DNA of 64,000 bases. It comes from Moniliella sp. 'wahieum' (Eukaryota). The DNA lies in NCBI GenBank assembly GCA_003971905.1, contig RSEE01000004.1, positions 1,054,001 through 1,118,000 on the forward strand, in the 5' to 3' direction. The notes under the pieces were generated by a model. The model searched no databases. It was not told the DNA's origin and worked only from the letters and a program-made list of their open reading frames with translations. Positions 26,237 through 36,787 of the stretch are shown piece by piece. Position numbers and translations under genes: made by a program. Position 1 is the first letter of the stretch, and each line of letters begins with the position of its first letter.

Positions 26237-27383
26237 TGCAGTAAGATTTGTCCATCTTGTCCGTCCCCTTATCGCGGACGGGTGGGGCGAATTCATGCCC
26301 AAAACTTCCTCGCCGCCCAATATTACCCCCAGACTCTAGGTCCTCCGAAGGACATAGTGTTGAAAGCGTCCCATGTGCTGCGTATAGAAGGCAGGGCAGA
26401 ATCCGAGTCTCAGGCGTGGAGGGAATGTAAAGGGGCAGGGTAAACAACTCGCGTCGCAGGCTATTTTGCTTTTGCCGAGGAGTAACTCCCTCATGCGCTA
26501 GAAGTGACACAATCCACGGTAACATGAACACCGTGGACCGCCTATGTCAAGGGTGTCTCCATAAGCAGCGAGAGTGTGGTCAAGGGGGATCTACTGGCCT
26601 GGAACTGCCAGTGACTTTTCCTTTGTCGAGCTCAACCAACACCTGTAAGTCCAACACCCCACCGTAGGCTTATGGTATTTGGTATCATCATCCCTGCAGT
26701 AGCCTAGTATAGCTGCAGGTGTAGTGTCCAATAGACATACTATCGTGGCTGAACGCTTTGAGGTGTTTTGGCCACGCCCGAGTGCCCCAAAGGGCAGAAA
26801 ATGGTATTGCGTAGTTCGGACGCCACAGCGCCGAGACAAAGCACACCACCTCTTTCCTGCCACCGTAGGCATGTGCAGCAACGCCTGTTGGGCAAACTGA
26901 CCATACTAGCCTATGACGGCTGAATGGGGCTAGTCACACTGGGCTATCTTTAATCCAAGTACATCGGTGTTTTGGTTCCATCTGGTGGGAGGGGGAGGGA
27001 GTCGATCTGGGAACGGGGCCAAAGATTAGTAGTAGTAGAAGGCATCTATCACGGTTTCCACTACCATATATACAAGTACACAGCGGGCGCGAAAGATGAA
27101 GAGCGCCTGGGTGGTAGGGGAGGTAAGGGGGGGGGGGGGCAAGGGAGGTGTCGGAAGCATGGGGAAAAATACCAACAAACATTCACACCAATCTTGGCCA
27201 CTCTCACAAGACAAGCGTGACCATCTTTCTAGCAACTCCATGTACGTGGCGAGAAATCAAGCGGAGTATCTGTACTCTCTCTGCGCCGTCCGTCCAGCAC
27301 TAGCTCAGGATCGTCCACTACGCCGCCTGGACACATGGATTGCCATTGCATTTTCCTGGCAGCCTTGAAGGCCATCGGGGCAT

Positions 27384-29195
27384 CTACTTGAACTGGTTCT
27401 CCGTCGAGTCCGCCCCCATAGCCTGCGTCGCCGACGAGCCGGAGGAGATGGTGCTGAGGCAACGGTCAACGTACCCAGCCCCCGACCAAGCCTGGTGCTT
27501 GAGCACGTCGGTGCCCAGCTCGCGCTCGCGCTGTTGGACGTGACGGACGTAGGCCAGCATGCCCTCCTTCTCAAACGTCGACGCCAGCTCCTTGGTTGCC
27601 GCCGCGGTGGTGTGGATACCGGCAAGCGAGATGAGCTGCAGCACAAAGCCTGCCTTGCCCAGATCCCAGATGAAGGACTTGAGTGTTTCATCGGTAAAGC
27701 CCTGGGCAGACCAGTTGAAGGAAGGAGAGAGGTTGTAAACCAGCCACTTGCCCGGGTGGACCGAGTGAATGTCCTTAGCGAACGACGTGGCAAACTTCAC
27801 GTCTGGCGTCTTGGTCTCGAGCCAGAGCAGGTCCGCATACGGGCCAAACGCCTTGGCACGCTTAACCGCCGGCGCCATGCCGCCGGCAAAGTGGTAGTAT
27901 CCCTCCTTGGTTCGGGGCAGATCCCAGTTCCACTCCGGGACACCCTCGGGGCCGAACACCTCCTTCGCAGCGACACGGGCCTGTGAGTTACTCACCCCGG
28001 CCCGGACCTTGGAAAGGTAGGCTTGAATTTCAGCATCCTTGCCCGCATTGTGCTTGGCCACCGCCTCGTTGAACGTCAGCAGGTCGCACTTCCATCCATC
28101 TCAGCCTCGAGCTTGTCCAACTCGGACCCAGCAGCACCGCGCGCCTCGGCAGCGGCCAACACCTCCGCAAGCGAAGCATCGGTGTCCTTCGCTCCGTACG
28201 CACCCTTAATAAATTCGTGGTCGCGCACATCGATCGTCGACGAGATGAGCTTGGCCGACTCCGAATCGGTACGGGCGATGAGCAGATTGGCCGAACCGAG
28301 AATGTCCCATTGGAATCGGGCGGCAATCAGACGGTTGATGTGTTCCGACGTTGGCACCAGCACCTTGCCGGCTTGGTGGCCACACTTCTTGCCTCCGTGC
28401 AGCTGGTCTTCAAAGTGCACCCCAGCGGCACCGTTCATGGCAAATAGCTTGGCCAGGCGCATGACCGACGACAGGCCGCCATGCCCCGTGTCGCCATCGG
28501 CAACAATAGGGCGCAAGTAATCAACCGGCGGGGTCGAAGCACGCTGGGCGGCAGTCATCTGCCACCGGTTGTCCCACATCTTGCGGTCATGGTGCTGCTG
28601 AGCCTTGAATAGGCGCTCGACTTGGTTGGGCACGGTGGTGTAGGGGTCAGCCAGGTCAGGACCGACCTCATTGTCGCATGTCGTCAGCACGCTTGACGCG
28701 GCCCAGCCGGAGACATAAACAATCTCTTGGTGATACGCCATTTGGGACTGCTGCACCGGGTCAATGGCGCCCAAGTGTGCGTCTGCGTTCCCTCGGCTGC
28801 ATGCTTACTCAGGATGGCAAACAGCTTGTCGGCAGTCAACGAGGAGGGGGAGGGAGGTGGGTGCCACGCTTGGTAACAATGTCTGCCGCAGTGTAAGGAC
28901 GCTTGATGCCTTTGAACCGAGGCGAATCGAGCCAGGTCTGGGTGTCAGCCACGGCCTTGTCGAACACCTGTTGCTCCTCCACTGCGGACCAGGGCTGCAC
29001 CGGCAGCGGGGCGGGAGGCGGGATGAGCGACGTGGCCTTGGGGGCAGACGGGGAAGAGGAGCCAACGCGGGCAGACGCCGACATGGCGCGGCGCGGGACC
29101 ATGGAAGGGGCGAATGCGCGGGGGGCCGCCGAGCGCGCGAGCAAGGTCGAAGGGGTGCGGAGCGTGTGGGGGCGAACGGGCAGCATCGGCATCAT
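27384..29195 (-). CDS. ICL2: Mitochondrial methylisocitrate lyase (isocitrate lyase family, Icl2/MclA type)
   Basis: [60 protein letters not shown]; Arg/Ser/Ala-rich N-terminal presequence. Confidence 0.9.
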
Positions 29196-30089
29196 GGGCG
29201 GTGGGCCGTGGGCGCAGGACGGAAGATGGAGGTGGTGGTGGAGCGCAGGCAGTTTCCCGCGTCCAGGCCGCCGGCGCTCCTTTTGGGCGGCTGCCCCAAA
29301 GCGCGGGGCAGGCGGAGGAAGCGGGGGGCCGGAGCAGCGGGAGCGCGTGATAGTCGGCTGGCTTCGGGCGCTCGACACTGGCGCTGTGCAGGCCGGGGCC
29401 CCACATCCGGCGTTTACATGGCTGATGATTTGAACAGTTCACACTCACCACCGCCACACCACGAAGAAGGCAAGGCTTAGGCGGAATTAGGGCGGGTGGC
29501 GGGACGTTTGGCCTCGCCCGGGCCGCCAGAGCCGCTTCCCAGCTGAGTGCCAGCGCCCGGCGCAGCGTGTCGCACGCCGTGCAGGTGTCTGCGGCGGGCA
29601 GGGCGGGTGGGATGGCGCTGATGCCGTTGATGGGTCGGAGCAAGCGGATTTTGGCCTGCCACACCGACGATCCCAAGTACAGGCGGAAAGGGCGTGTGAG
29701 GCCATCGAAGGGGGAGAGGTCATGCACATGCCGTCATGGATGTGATCACAGGCGCATCCGCCTACGCCCTCCAAGCTCCGAGACTGAGCGGATAATAACT
29801 TCCCAACCAACGTCACCGAATGGCCGGTTACCGGTAACCGGCGAGCATGTCATTTAACGTTTCAAATGTGGGGCAGCCATGTGTGCATATAACCGGTAAC
29901 CCCGGGAATATATATCTGTTGTAAGAGTCGGGCGATACGAGTGAGACCAAGTACCAAGGGAAGCAAAGGATGCACTGGTAGGAGAAGGGAGAACAGGTTC
30001 GACGAAGAGCAGTGAGAAGATTTTCCTGATTAACTGAGAAGACCGTGACAGTGGTAAAGTTGGCCGGCGCTTGAAAAGCGTTTCATGTT

Positions 30090-30881
30090 GTGTATATAGC
30101 TCCACCATTCATGCCCATGCTCTCCACCACGCTGCTCCACCACGCTGCTCCACCGTGTTTCTGGCGCACGAAGAGAATTCGGAGCCCGTCAATATCGTCA
30201 ATCCCACTGCCACTTATCTCCATTGTTCGCACACAGCACGCAAGTCTATATAGACGAAGACGCGAGGAGGATACACTATGCCATTATTGTAACACCAAGA
30301 CAGCGATGACTAGCAAAAGATTTTGGTGGGCACTGGAAAAAACTAATACTGAGTATGGAGGAGACGTTCTGCACTGGGATGACTATCTTCATCTTACCTC
30401 GGATATGGGAATGGATGAGAACACTACAGAGTCTCGATCTTCTGTGGCGATTCCCATGTGGTCCCCTAAACGAGTGTGGTACCAAAACAAGCAACACACG
30501 CCGGATGAGCAGAGGTTGGTGTATGAGCAACATTTTTTTCTCAACCTTGCGCTCTGTCAACAATGATATATGGTTCCAATGTAGAGAAGGAGCTGCTTCG
30601 GCTGCTGGGACAGGCAGAATGCGACAAGAACGCCAAGTACCAGGGTACCCAAGAGCCGTTTTCCCTCTAGTTTTGACGACGCGAGGATACTACGCGGCAC
30701 CGAGACAGCAGGCAAGATGCTGCGGCACTGGAAGGATTTGACTACTACCTCTCAATGGAAATGGTTCCTTCCTCGGAAGTCTACCACGTTCATCCGTGTA
30801 CACACGCGCTACCTTGGGTTTGAGAACGGATGGCGGGCACCGGAGGGTCCTGATCTCCTGGCGATTCCACTGGTTCCTTAA
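30090..30881 (+). pseudogene. Coding-like orphan or relic inside the LTR island
   Basis: 158-aa ORF followed by shifted open stretches (EKELLRLLGQAEC.., FDDARILRG..GFENGWRAPEGPDLLAIPLVP*); no confident homology. Confidence 0.3.
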
Positions 30882-31376
30882 AAGCGGGGCCGGCGCTACC
30901 AAGCATTGCAGCACGTGCGAGATGAACAGGTCGGTTTAGGCGTAGCGTCTCCCTGTCCCAGCCTTAAGCTTTGCCAATGATATGGATGCAGTATAGAGAA
31001 GAAATCGAGAGGAGAGGCCCTGAAAGTTGCCCGGAGAGAGAGGCATAGATGATGGGAGCTCCTTCCCCACAGTGGATGAATAGTAAAAGGATAGTTTTTA
31101 TGCTTGAAAAGCTGTAGCTATACCCTGTCTAAACATTCAAGGACAACCACGGTTCTGACTTTCTCTCTCCTCTTCTACGGTGGGATAATATCAGTCATGT
31201 TGGTCTTTCCCTTGAATTTGGGGAGAATCGCTCGCCTCTCCACCCCGGTACTGAGGCAACAGTTTATTGCTGTTGATGGGTTTATAGGCACAGACGTATC
31301 GTCCATTTTTCCTACCAGTAGCCTATGATAAGAGACCAGGTTATATCTTTTTTGCGTTTATTTTTGATCTCGCTGA

Positions 31377-31557
31377 TGTCACAGTCGGGGCTAAGGCGAG
31401 GGAGACCAGGATCGGACTAGGCCAAGGGGTGTAGCAATCGTTCGTGGGGAAGAAGCAAGAACAGAGGACATGGTGCGAAGTGGAAGGAACAGGGAAGGAG
31501 CGAGACGCTCGAGACGAAGAAGTTGGAAATGGGAGCGAGATCAGCCAAACTATGACA
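31377..31557. mobile_element. Solo LTR, family B (181 bp)
   Basis: TGTCA..TGACA termini with perfect 5-bp TSD GCTGA (31372-31376 and 31558-31562); partial similarity to 29920-30050. Confidence 0.8.
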
Positions 31558-31826
31558 GCTGACACATCGCTTTTTGCGACAATCGCTGGACACAAGTGCT
31601 GATTCTTTTCCCACGCTTCGTCGATTATATCGATGATCCATTATCGAGCATCCTCCATTGCGGCCCTCGTCAACCCCATCAATGCACCCACTCGAGTAAT
31701 AGTCTGGAGGGGCGTCAGCATATATATATGGAAGAGGGTGCAAATGTGTGGTGCTTACGGGGGGTCCTCAGTACTGGCTCTGAATAGTCACTGTCGTAAC
31801 CGTGCGTAACGCGTAACTAGCATAGC

Positions 31827-32048
31827 TGTCACCAACCCCTGTGTTGTTGTGGCTGTGTACACTGTGCAGACGGGTCCAGTTACCTGGGCCCTCCTCTCTC
31901 TGGCATTTTGCTTCCAGCTAGCGGGTAACTTTCCTGTCACTATACCTATATTCTGTTTGCTGTGCTCTGCAGCTTGTTTCGGTTAGTGCCTGTACTCAGC
32001 GCTTTCTGCGCTGAGCCACCCAGCTAAGCTCCGACATGCTGACATGAC
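31827..32048. mobile_element. Probable solo LTR (222 bp)
   Basis: TGTCA..TGACA termini; flanks CATAGC / CAAGC (imperfect TSD). Confidence 0.45.
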
Positions 32049-32268
32049 ACAAGCCATCTGTAGAGATCCAAAGAAGGCGGTCGGAAACATAATACGGTAC
32101 GTTCAAAAGGTTCAACGTACTCCGCAATAACGTACTCTTCGACTTGTATCATATACTCAGTAGCCTCTGTAGCTCCCATATATGTGCAGAAATGCAATGC
32201 ACCATCATCAACTGCCTGCTCTCCGTGGTCTTCTATACAAGCACACGCAACGTATACGTTGAACGTAC

Positions 32269-32504
32269 TGTTGAGCCATCAGGTGGCTCGTGCTTTGGCC
32301 AATGTCCCTCCAGTTCCTCCTCAGGCCTAGGAGTTCCGTTGTTTTTCTCTCCTGTTTTTCCTTGTTCCGCAGCTTAGCCCCTGGTGGCGACTCGCTGCTT
32401 GATGTTCCTCTGTAGGCGTTGCTGGTTGGCTCAGACCACCACCACCACCACCACTAGTGCGATTGCATCACCCTCGAGGACCATCTGGACTCCAGGTCTC
32501 ATCA
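32269..32504 (+). mobile_element. Solo LTR, family A (236 bp)
   Basis: TGTTG..TCA; perfect TSD CGTAC (32264-32268 and 32505-32509); homologous to 22681-22892. Confidence 0.9.
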
Positions 32505-33062
32505 CGTACGTTGAACGTTGAACGTTGACTAATGACTAGCGACTAGTGACTAGTGACTAGCTTGACTGTCGAACGTTGAACGTTAAAGTTCTCAACGCTC
32601 CATGTTCAACCGCTGTTGTGAGGGTTGTTGGGCTTTTTTTGTTTACTTTTTCGACGTGGGACGTTGGAGCTATACCCTTCCAGCTTCCCCGTTTGTTTAC
32701 TCTGTTCCAATCGATGCTACACTTAAGTACGTTTAATCCGTGTAACGTTATGTTGTGTACTGTTTGCTGAGTACTGAGTCTTAGTGCTGAGTACGAGTGT
32801 GCCAAGTGTTCCGCCCGTTGTGCGTTTTGAAGCTTGAAGCGAAGCTTCAAGAAGATTGAAGGGTCCAGGTCTCAGGTTGTTAAATAGCAAGCAGCACTAG
32901 AGTACTAAAAGCTTTAAGTTTTAAGCTTTAAGCTTTAGGCTTCAAGGCCCCGAAATGCTACAGGGCTCTGATAGGCGCTAGACTCCGACTACAAGCATCA
33001 AGCATCATGCATCATGTATCATGCGTCAAGCTTCAAGCTTCAAGCTCTTCAAGCTCTTCAAG
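32505..33062. repeat. Densest cluster of period-7 TNA-centred arrays
   Basis: (GTTGAAC)2 at 32510; AGTGACT-type x4 at 32531; CTTTAAG-type x4 at 32912; in-register run CATCAAG/CATCATG/CTTCAAG at 32996-33044. Confidence 0.9.
32626..32874 (+). mobile_element. Possible degenerate solo LTR related to family A
   Basis: Starts TGTTGGG, ends TCCAGGTCTCA like family A, similar length; TSD imperfect. Confidence 0.4.
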
Positions 33063-33689
33063 CGCCAGAAATGCTTTAAAAGATACCCACGGCAGCCCAC
33101 AGCTTCGCGTTGAGTACGTCGACGACGCTGAACCGTGATGCAGATGCAGCGTTGACGTACAGTGGTGTGAGGCATTGTGGAGGACATTGAGGGTGCGGGG
33201 CGCAGTGTTTTGGCTGCTGCAAGACGTGTACCACGTGAGCGTCAGGCTCATAATGTATGGCAATAAGGCCTAAGGCCACAACAGGCCTAAGATCCAAGGT
33301 TGCCCGAGAGGATTGGACCCTGAGGCCTGAGGCCTTACACAGTCTACACGTAGTATTATATGCGGTCCTCCGTCTCACTGCCGACGACTTCTCATCGGCA
33401 TTTCGGCCTCCGGGAGTTCTCATAACACGTACGGGGTCCGAACTGGACTCCTGCACTGTGGGCTGTGGGACGGATGAGAAGGGTGTGGCGAGCAGTGGGT
33501 GCTGTCAGCAGCTACGAGGCTGTGGGAAGTTTTGGGCGGCATGATGCATGATGGCAATGGACAGGGATGTCGCAAAAAAAGCCCAAAATGCGGAATCCAT
33601 GATGCATTATAGTACTTGTATAGCTGCGTTCGTCCATGTCGAAGCATCAGGCCAAGCGAGCGCGCCGCGGGACAGTGTGATGTGGGACA

Positions 33690-33929
33690 TGTTGGGACCC
33701 GTGGTCCCGTACATAGGCCAAGGCGCCTAATAGATTATCACCCTTTGTCCCTTATTTGACGTCCGAAGCCTTCACCTGTATACTCAGGCTTGTTTGAACC
33801 CCTGTCTCCTCTAGTTGTAACGTAAGGCCTAAGGCTATCACCTGACCACCACCACCGCGACTGCATTGTTCCACATTTCCAGAGGGTCATCGGTCATCGC
33901 CCAACCCCTTGGGTTCCTCCGGTCTTACA
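33690..33929 (+). mobile_element. Solo LTR, diverged relative of family A (240 bp)
   Basis: TGTTG..TTACA; perfect TSD GGACA (33685-33689 and 33930-33934); shares GGCCAA, (ACC)n..GCGA(C/T)TGCAT and a TCC(A)GGTCT end motif with family A. Confidence 0.8.
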
Positions 33930-34727
33930 GGACATGTGCTAGTGACCCCGAATGATTTATGAACGGCCTGAGGCCTCAGGCTTCGGGTTGAGGGGTTGAA
34001 CGTTGAGGCCTCGCATGTCATAAGCCTCAGGCGGGGAATCCTTTCGGAAATCTCGACATCTGTTGTGGAACGGATGTGTATGTAGCCTGCGGAGGGGGAT
34101 GTCAATTGTTGTCAGCGCCATCATGCATGCCAGCTGATCATCACACACCACACATCGCGCTGCTCTATGCGACTCTCCCCCATGTTCTGCTCCTAACGGG
34201 CTCTCTCTTGGAATAGATACATCACCTGCTCTCTTTCTCTTTCTCTCTGTATAGACATTGTCCTCCTTTAAAATTGTCCAGTAGAAAGAAGGTCTATGTT
34301 CAATCCAATGGGCGCCAACAGGTGAGATGCAGAAGGCGATTAATGGACACTATACTTTTTTTCATGACGGAGGGGCCAGTATCCCTTTATAGACAAGTGT
34401 CAAGTAGCTATAGCTGGATTCAAGCTTCAAGGGGGGCAGCTGGGATGGCTGAACGAGCTGGGAGGAAGCGGAGGAAGCGGAGGAAGCGGAGGCTGAAGAC
34501 AGGTTGTTGATGGCGAAAGGTAATGGTGTGCGGGGGCATTTGAAGCGAGCTGTAACCATGTAACCGGTAACCTGGGATGTACCTACGTGGGGGCGTGCGA
34601 TCGTTACCGTTAGAGAAGAGCATGTGCATACTAGTGTGCTCAGAGACACTATAGTCAGCAGCTAGTCAGGTCAGCGGGTCATGACGCGGACGCGTGACGC
34701 GTGACGCGCCAGGCTGGGCGGCTGAGT

Positions 34728-34787
34728 GCGGAACGTCTGAATCTCAGCGGAACGTCTGAATCTCAGCGGAACGTCTGAATCTCAGCG
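34728..34787. repeat. Perfect 19-bp tandem repeat x3
   Basis: GCGGAACGTCTGAATCTCA at 34728, 34747 and 34766. Confidence 0.95.
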
Positions 34788-35539
34788 TGCAGCACGCACT
34801 GCTTCCGTTGCTGGAGGTCAGGAGGGCTAGTATGGGCGAGTGCAGAGTGCGGGCGAGTGCGGGAGAGTGCGGCTGCACGTGCGGTTGGTTCTCTGCGTCC
34901 AACGCGCGCGGCTGCGTATCCACCACCCACAACAACCTTGGGCAACTGCGATGCGGGCGTGCTGCACTACCCAGCACGAATAATGCCGGTCCACGGCGGC
35001 AGTGTAGGGGCAACATCTCACTGGCGTGCGCCCTCGTGCGTGCCAGGCATGCTGTGACGCTTCCGGAGCTATCCGTGGCGGTGCCGGGGAAACCCGTCTG
35101 GGTCATGCGTGATGGACTAGTCACTAGGGCCGAGAACGCGGAAGGGCAGGCGGGGCAGGGTGGGGCTTGGTGACTCATATTGCATGCGCTCCAGCAGGAG
35201 CCAGCACCCAGCAGGCTCCAGCCGTTCGCGGCGTCGGCGGTGGGCGGCAATTAAAATCGAGCATTTCATATTGCTGCTGCCTGCGCCCTGGCCTGGTGCT
35301 GCCCCCAGGAACGAGCAGGTCGGCACAGGTCGCACAATTCGGTGGCAGCTGCCCCTCTGCCCCTGCCCCTGTCTGCCCCCCAAACCCAAACGACAATTTC
35401 TTTTTTTTCCGCCGCCACCGCCCCGCCTCTGCATCAACACCTCAGACACCTCCACCTCCATCCCTACCCCCCCCCCCACCACCATCGCCATTGCTGCCTC
35501 CTCCCTCTCCCCCTCCTCCGGCCGCCTGCATGGCGCCCT

Positions 35540-36787
35540 ATGTTGCCAACGCCACCCATCGCCTCGGTCCTTAGCGTGCTGTGCGGGCCGTGCGTCCGCC
35601 GGCGCCAGCCACGCACCCAGACTTCCTCCCCCGACGCGGCCGACCATGACGAGCACACCCCGCTCTTGCCCACCACTGCCACCACCCCTTGTGCTCCCTC
35701 TATTGCCCCACCATCTCAGCTCCCCACCACCCAGGCCTTGGAATTTGCACCTACATCCCGCCCCTCCGAAGCCACCCCCCGTGTGACGCGCAACCCCTTT
35801 GCCCAGCCTCGCCCTCCGTCCCACCAGGAAGAGGAACTGGTACAGGGCATTCTTCACACCCTCAAAACGTACGCGTCCATCTTCCCCTCTCCCACTTGGT
35901 TCTCCTTGCTGACCCACTCCCCCACCCGCAGCCCTTTGCTCCCATTACCCGGATCGTCTCGCGACCGTCTGGTGCGCAGCGGCCACCTATCTGTCTTGAC
36001 CAGCCTCAGTGGTCAGCGAGAATACACGCGCAGCCGTCTGGGCCGCTCCCCTGCCGCATCCTCCCGCTCCCCTGCCCTGTCCAGCACATCCAGCTCCAAT
36101 GAGGAAACGCCTGCGCCCGCCAAACTTGTCCGGTCCACACGCTCGGCCTCCCCTTCGCGGGTACGCGAGTCGGCCCGGACCTTGTCCCCTCGCACTTCGA
36201 TGAGCCGTCTGAATGGGGTCAACAGCCGCCTTGCCGTTGCCGCGCGTCCTTCGCCCGCAATAAACGAGCCGCGCGGCCTAGTGCCCGTGCGGGCATTTAA
36301 GATGACTTCCGTCGCGGGCGGGGCAAGTGGTTCCGCGTCGCCAGCACTGATGGGCTTTGGATCCGGTTCGAGCACGTTACCATCGCACCGTAGCCTCTCT
36401 CGCCCGCGGAACCCGAGCGATAGCTTGAGTCTATCTTCGGCCCAAGCGGCCCGCGCATCGCTCTTTGTTTCGGACCAGCGACCTGAAAAGTTGGTGCAGC
36501 TCTGGCCCGAATCTTCCCACCTGCCCAGCCCCGCCGACAGCTCTCCGGCCAGTCGCCGACCCTCGTTCGACCCCATCCCCGAACCTTCGTCGCCTACTAC
36601 GCCCAATGGCCCGTCGCGTCCTCGCAGTGGCACTGCCTCCCCGCACTCGTCCCCACCCCCTGCCACGCCTGTCCCGGACCAAGAAAAGGAAGCAGAGGAG
36701 GAATGGACTACGTCCTCCCGCGCCGGAGAGGCAAAGCGTCGCGCAAGCCCATCAATGCATAGCAATCCCCCCCCCCAAAAGGTTTAA
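35540..36787 (+). CDS. Uncharacterised Ser/Pro/Arg-rich protein with N-terminal Cys pair and acidic dileucine motif
   Basis: Single long ORF (481 codons open from 35342); SVLSVLCGPCVRRR, DHDEHTPLL, HQEEELVQGIL; CT-rich leader upstream. Confidence 0.6.
   Translation: MLPTPPIASVLSVLCGPCVRRRQPRTQTSSPDAADHDEHTPLLPTTATTPCAPSIAPPSQLPTTQALEFAPTSRPSEATPRVTRNPFAQPRPPSHQEEELVQGILHTLKTYASIFPSPTWFSLLTHSPTRSPLLPLPGSSRDRLVRSGHLSVLTSLSGQREYTRSRLGRSPAASSRSPALSSTSSSNEETPAPAKLVRSTRSASPSRVRESARTLSPRTSMSRLNGVNSRLAVAARPSPAINEPRGLVPVRAFKMTSVAGGASGSASPALMGFGSGSSTLPSHRSLSRPRNPSDSLSLSSAQAARASLFVSDQRPEKLVQLWPESSHLPSPADSSPASRRPSFDPIPEPSSPTTPNGPSRPRSGTASPHSSPPPATPVPDQEKEAEEEWTTSSRAGEAKRRASPSMHSNPPPQKV

Noticed and set aside
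26545..26908. Element flanked by GCCTA repeats between CYT1 and ICL2
   Set aside because: It ends TA rather than CA and has no second copy in the window; insufficient support.
22681..32504. One full-length LTR retrotransposon bracketing COX7, CYT1 and ICL2
   Set aside because: Each LTR has its own distinct TSD (GCTCT versus CGTAC), so they are independent solo LTRs.
34728..34787. CRISPR-like array
   Set aside because: Units are contiguous with no spacers, no cas genes are present, and the context is eukaryotic.
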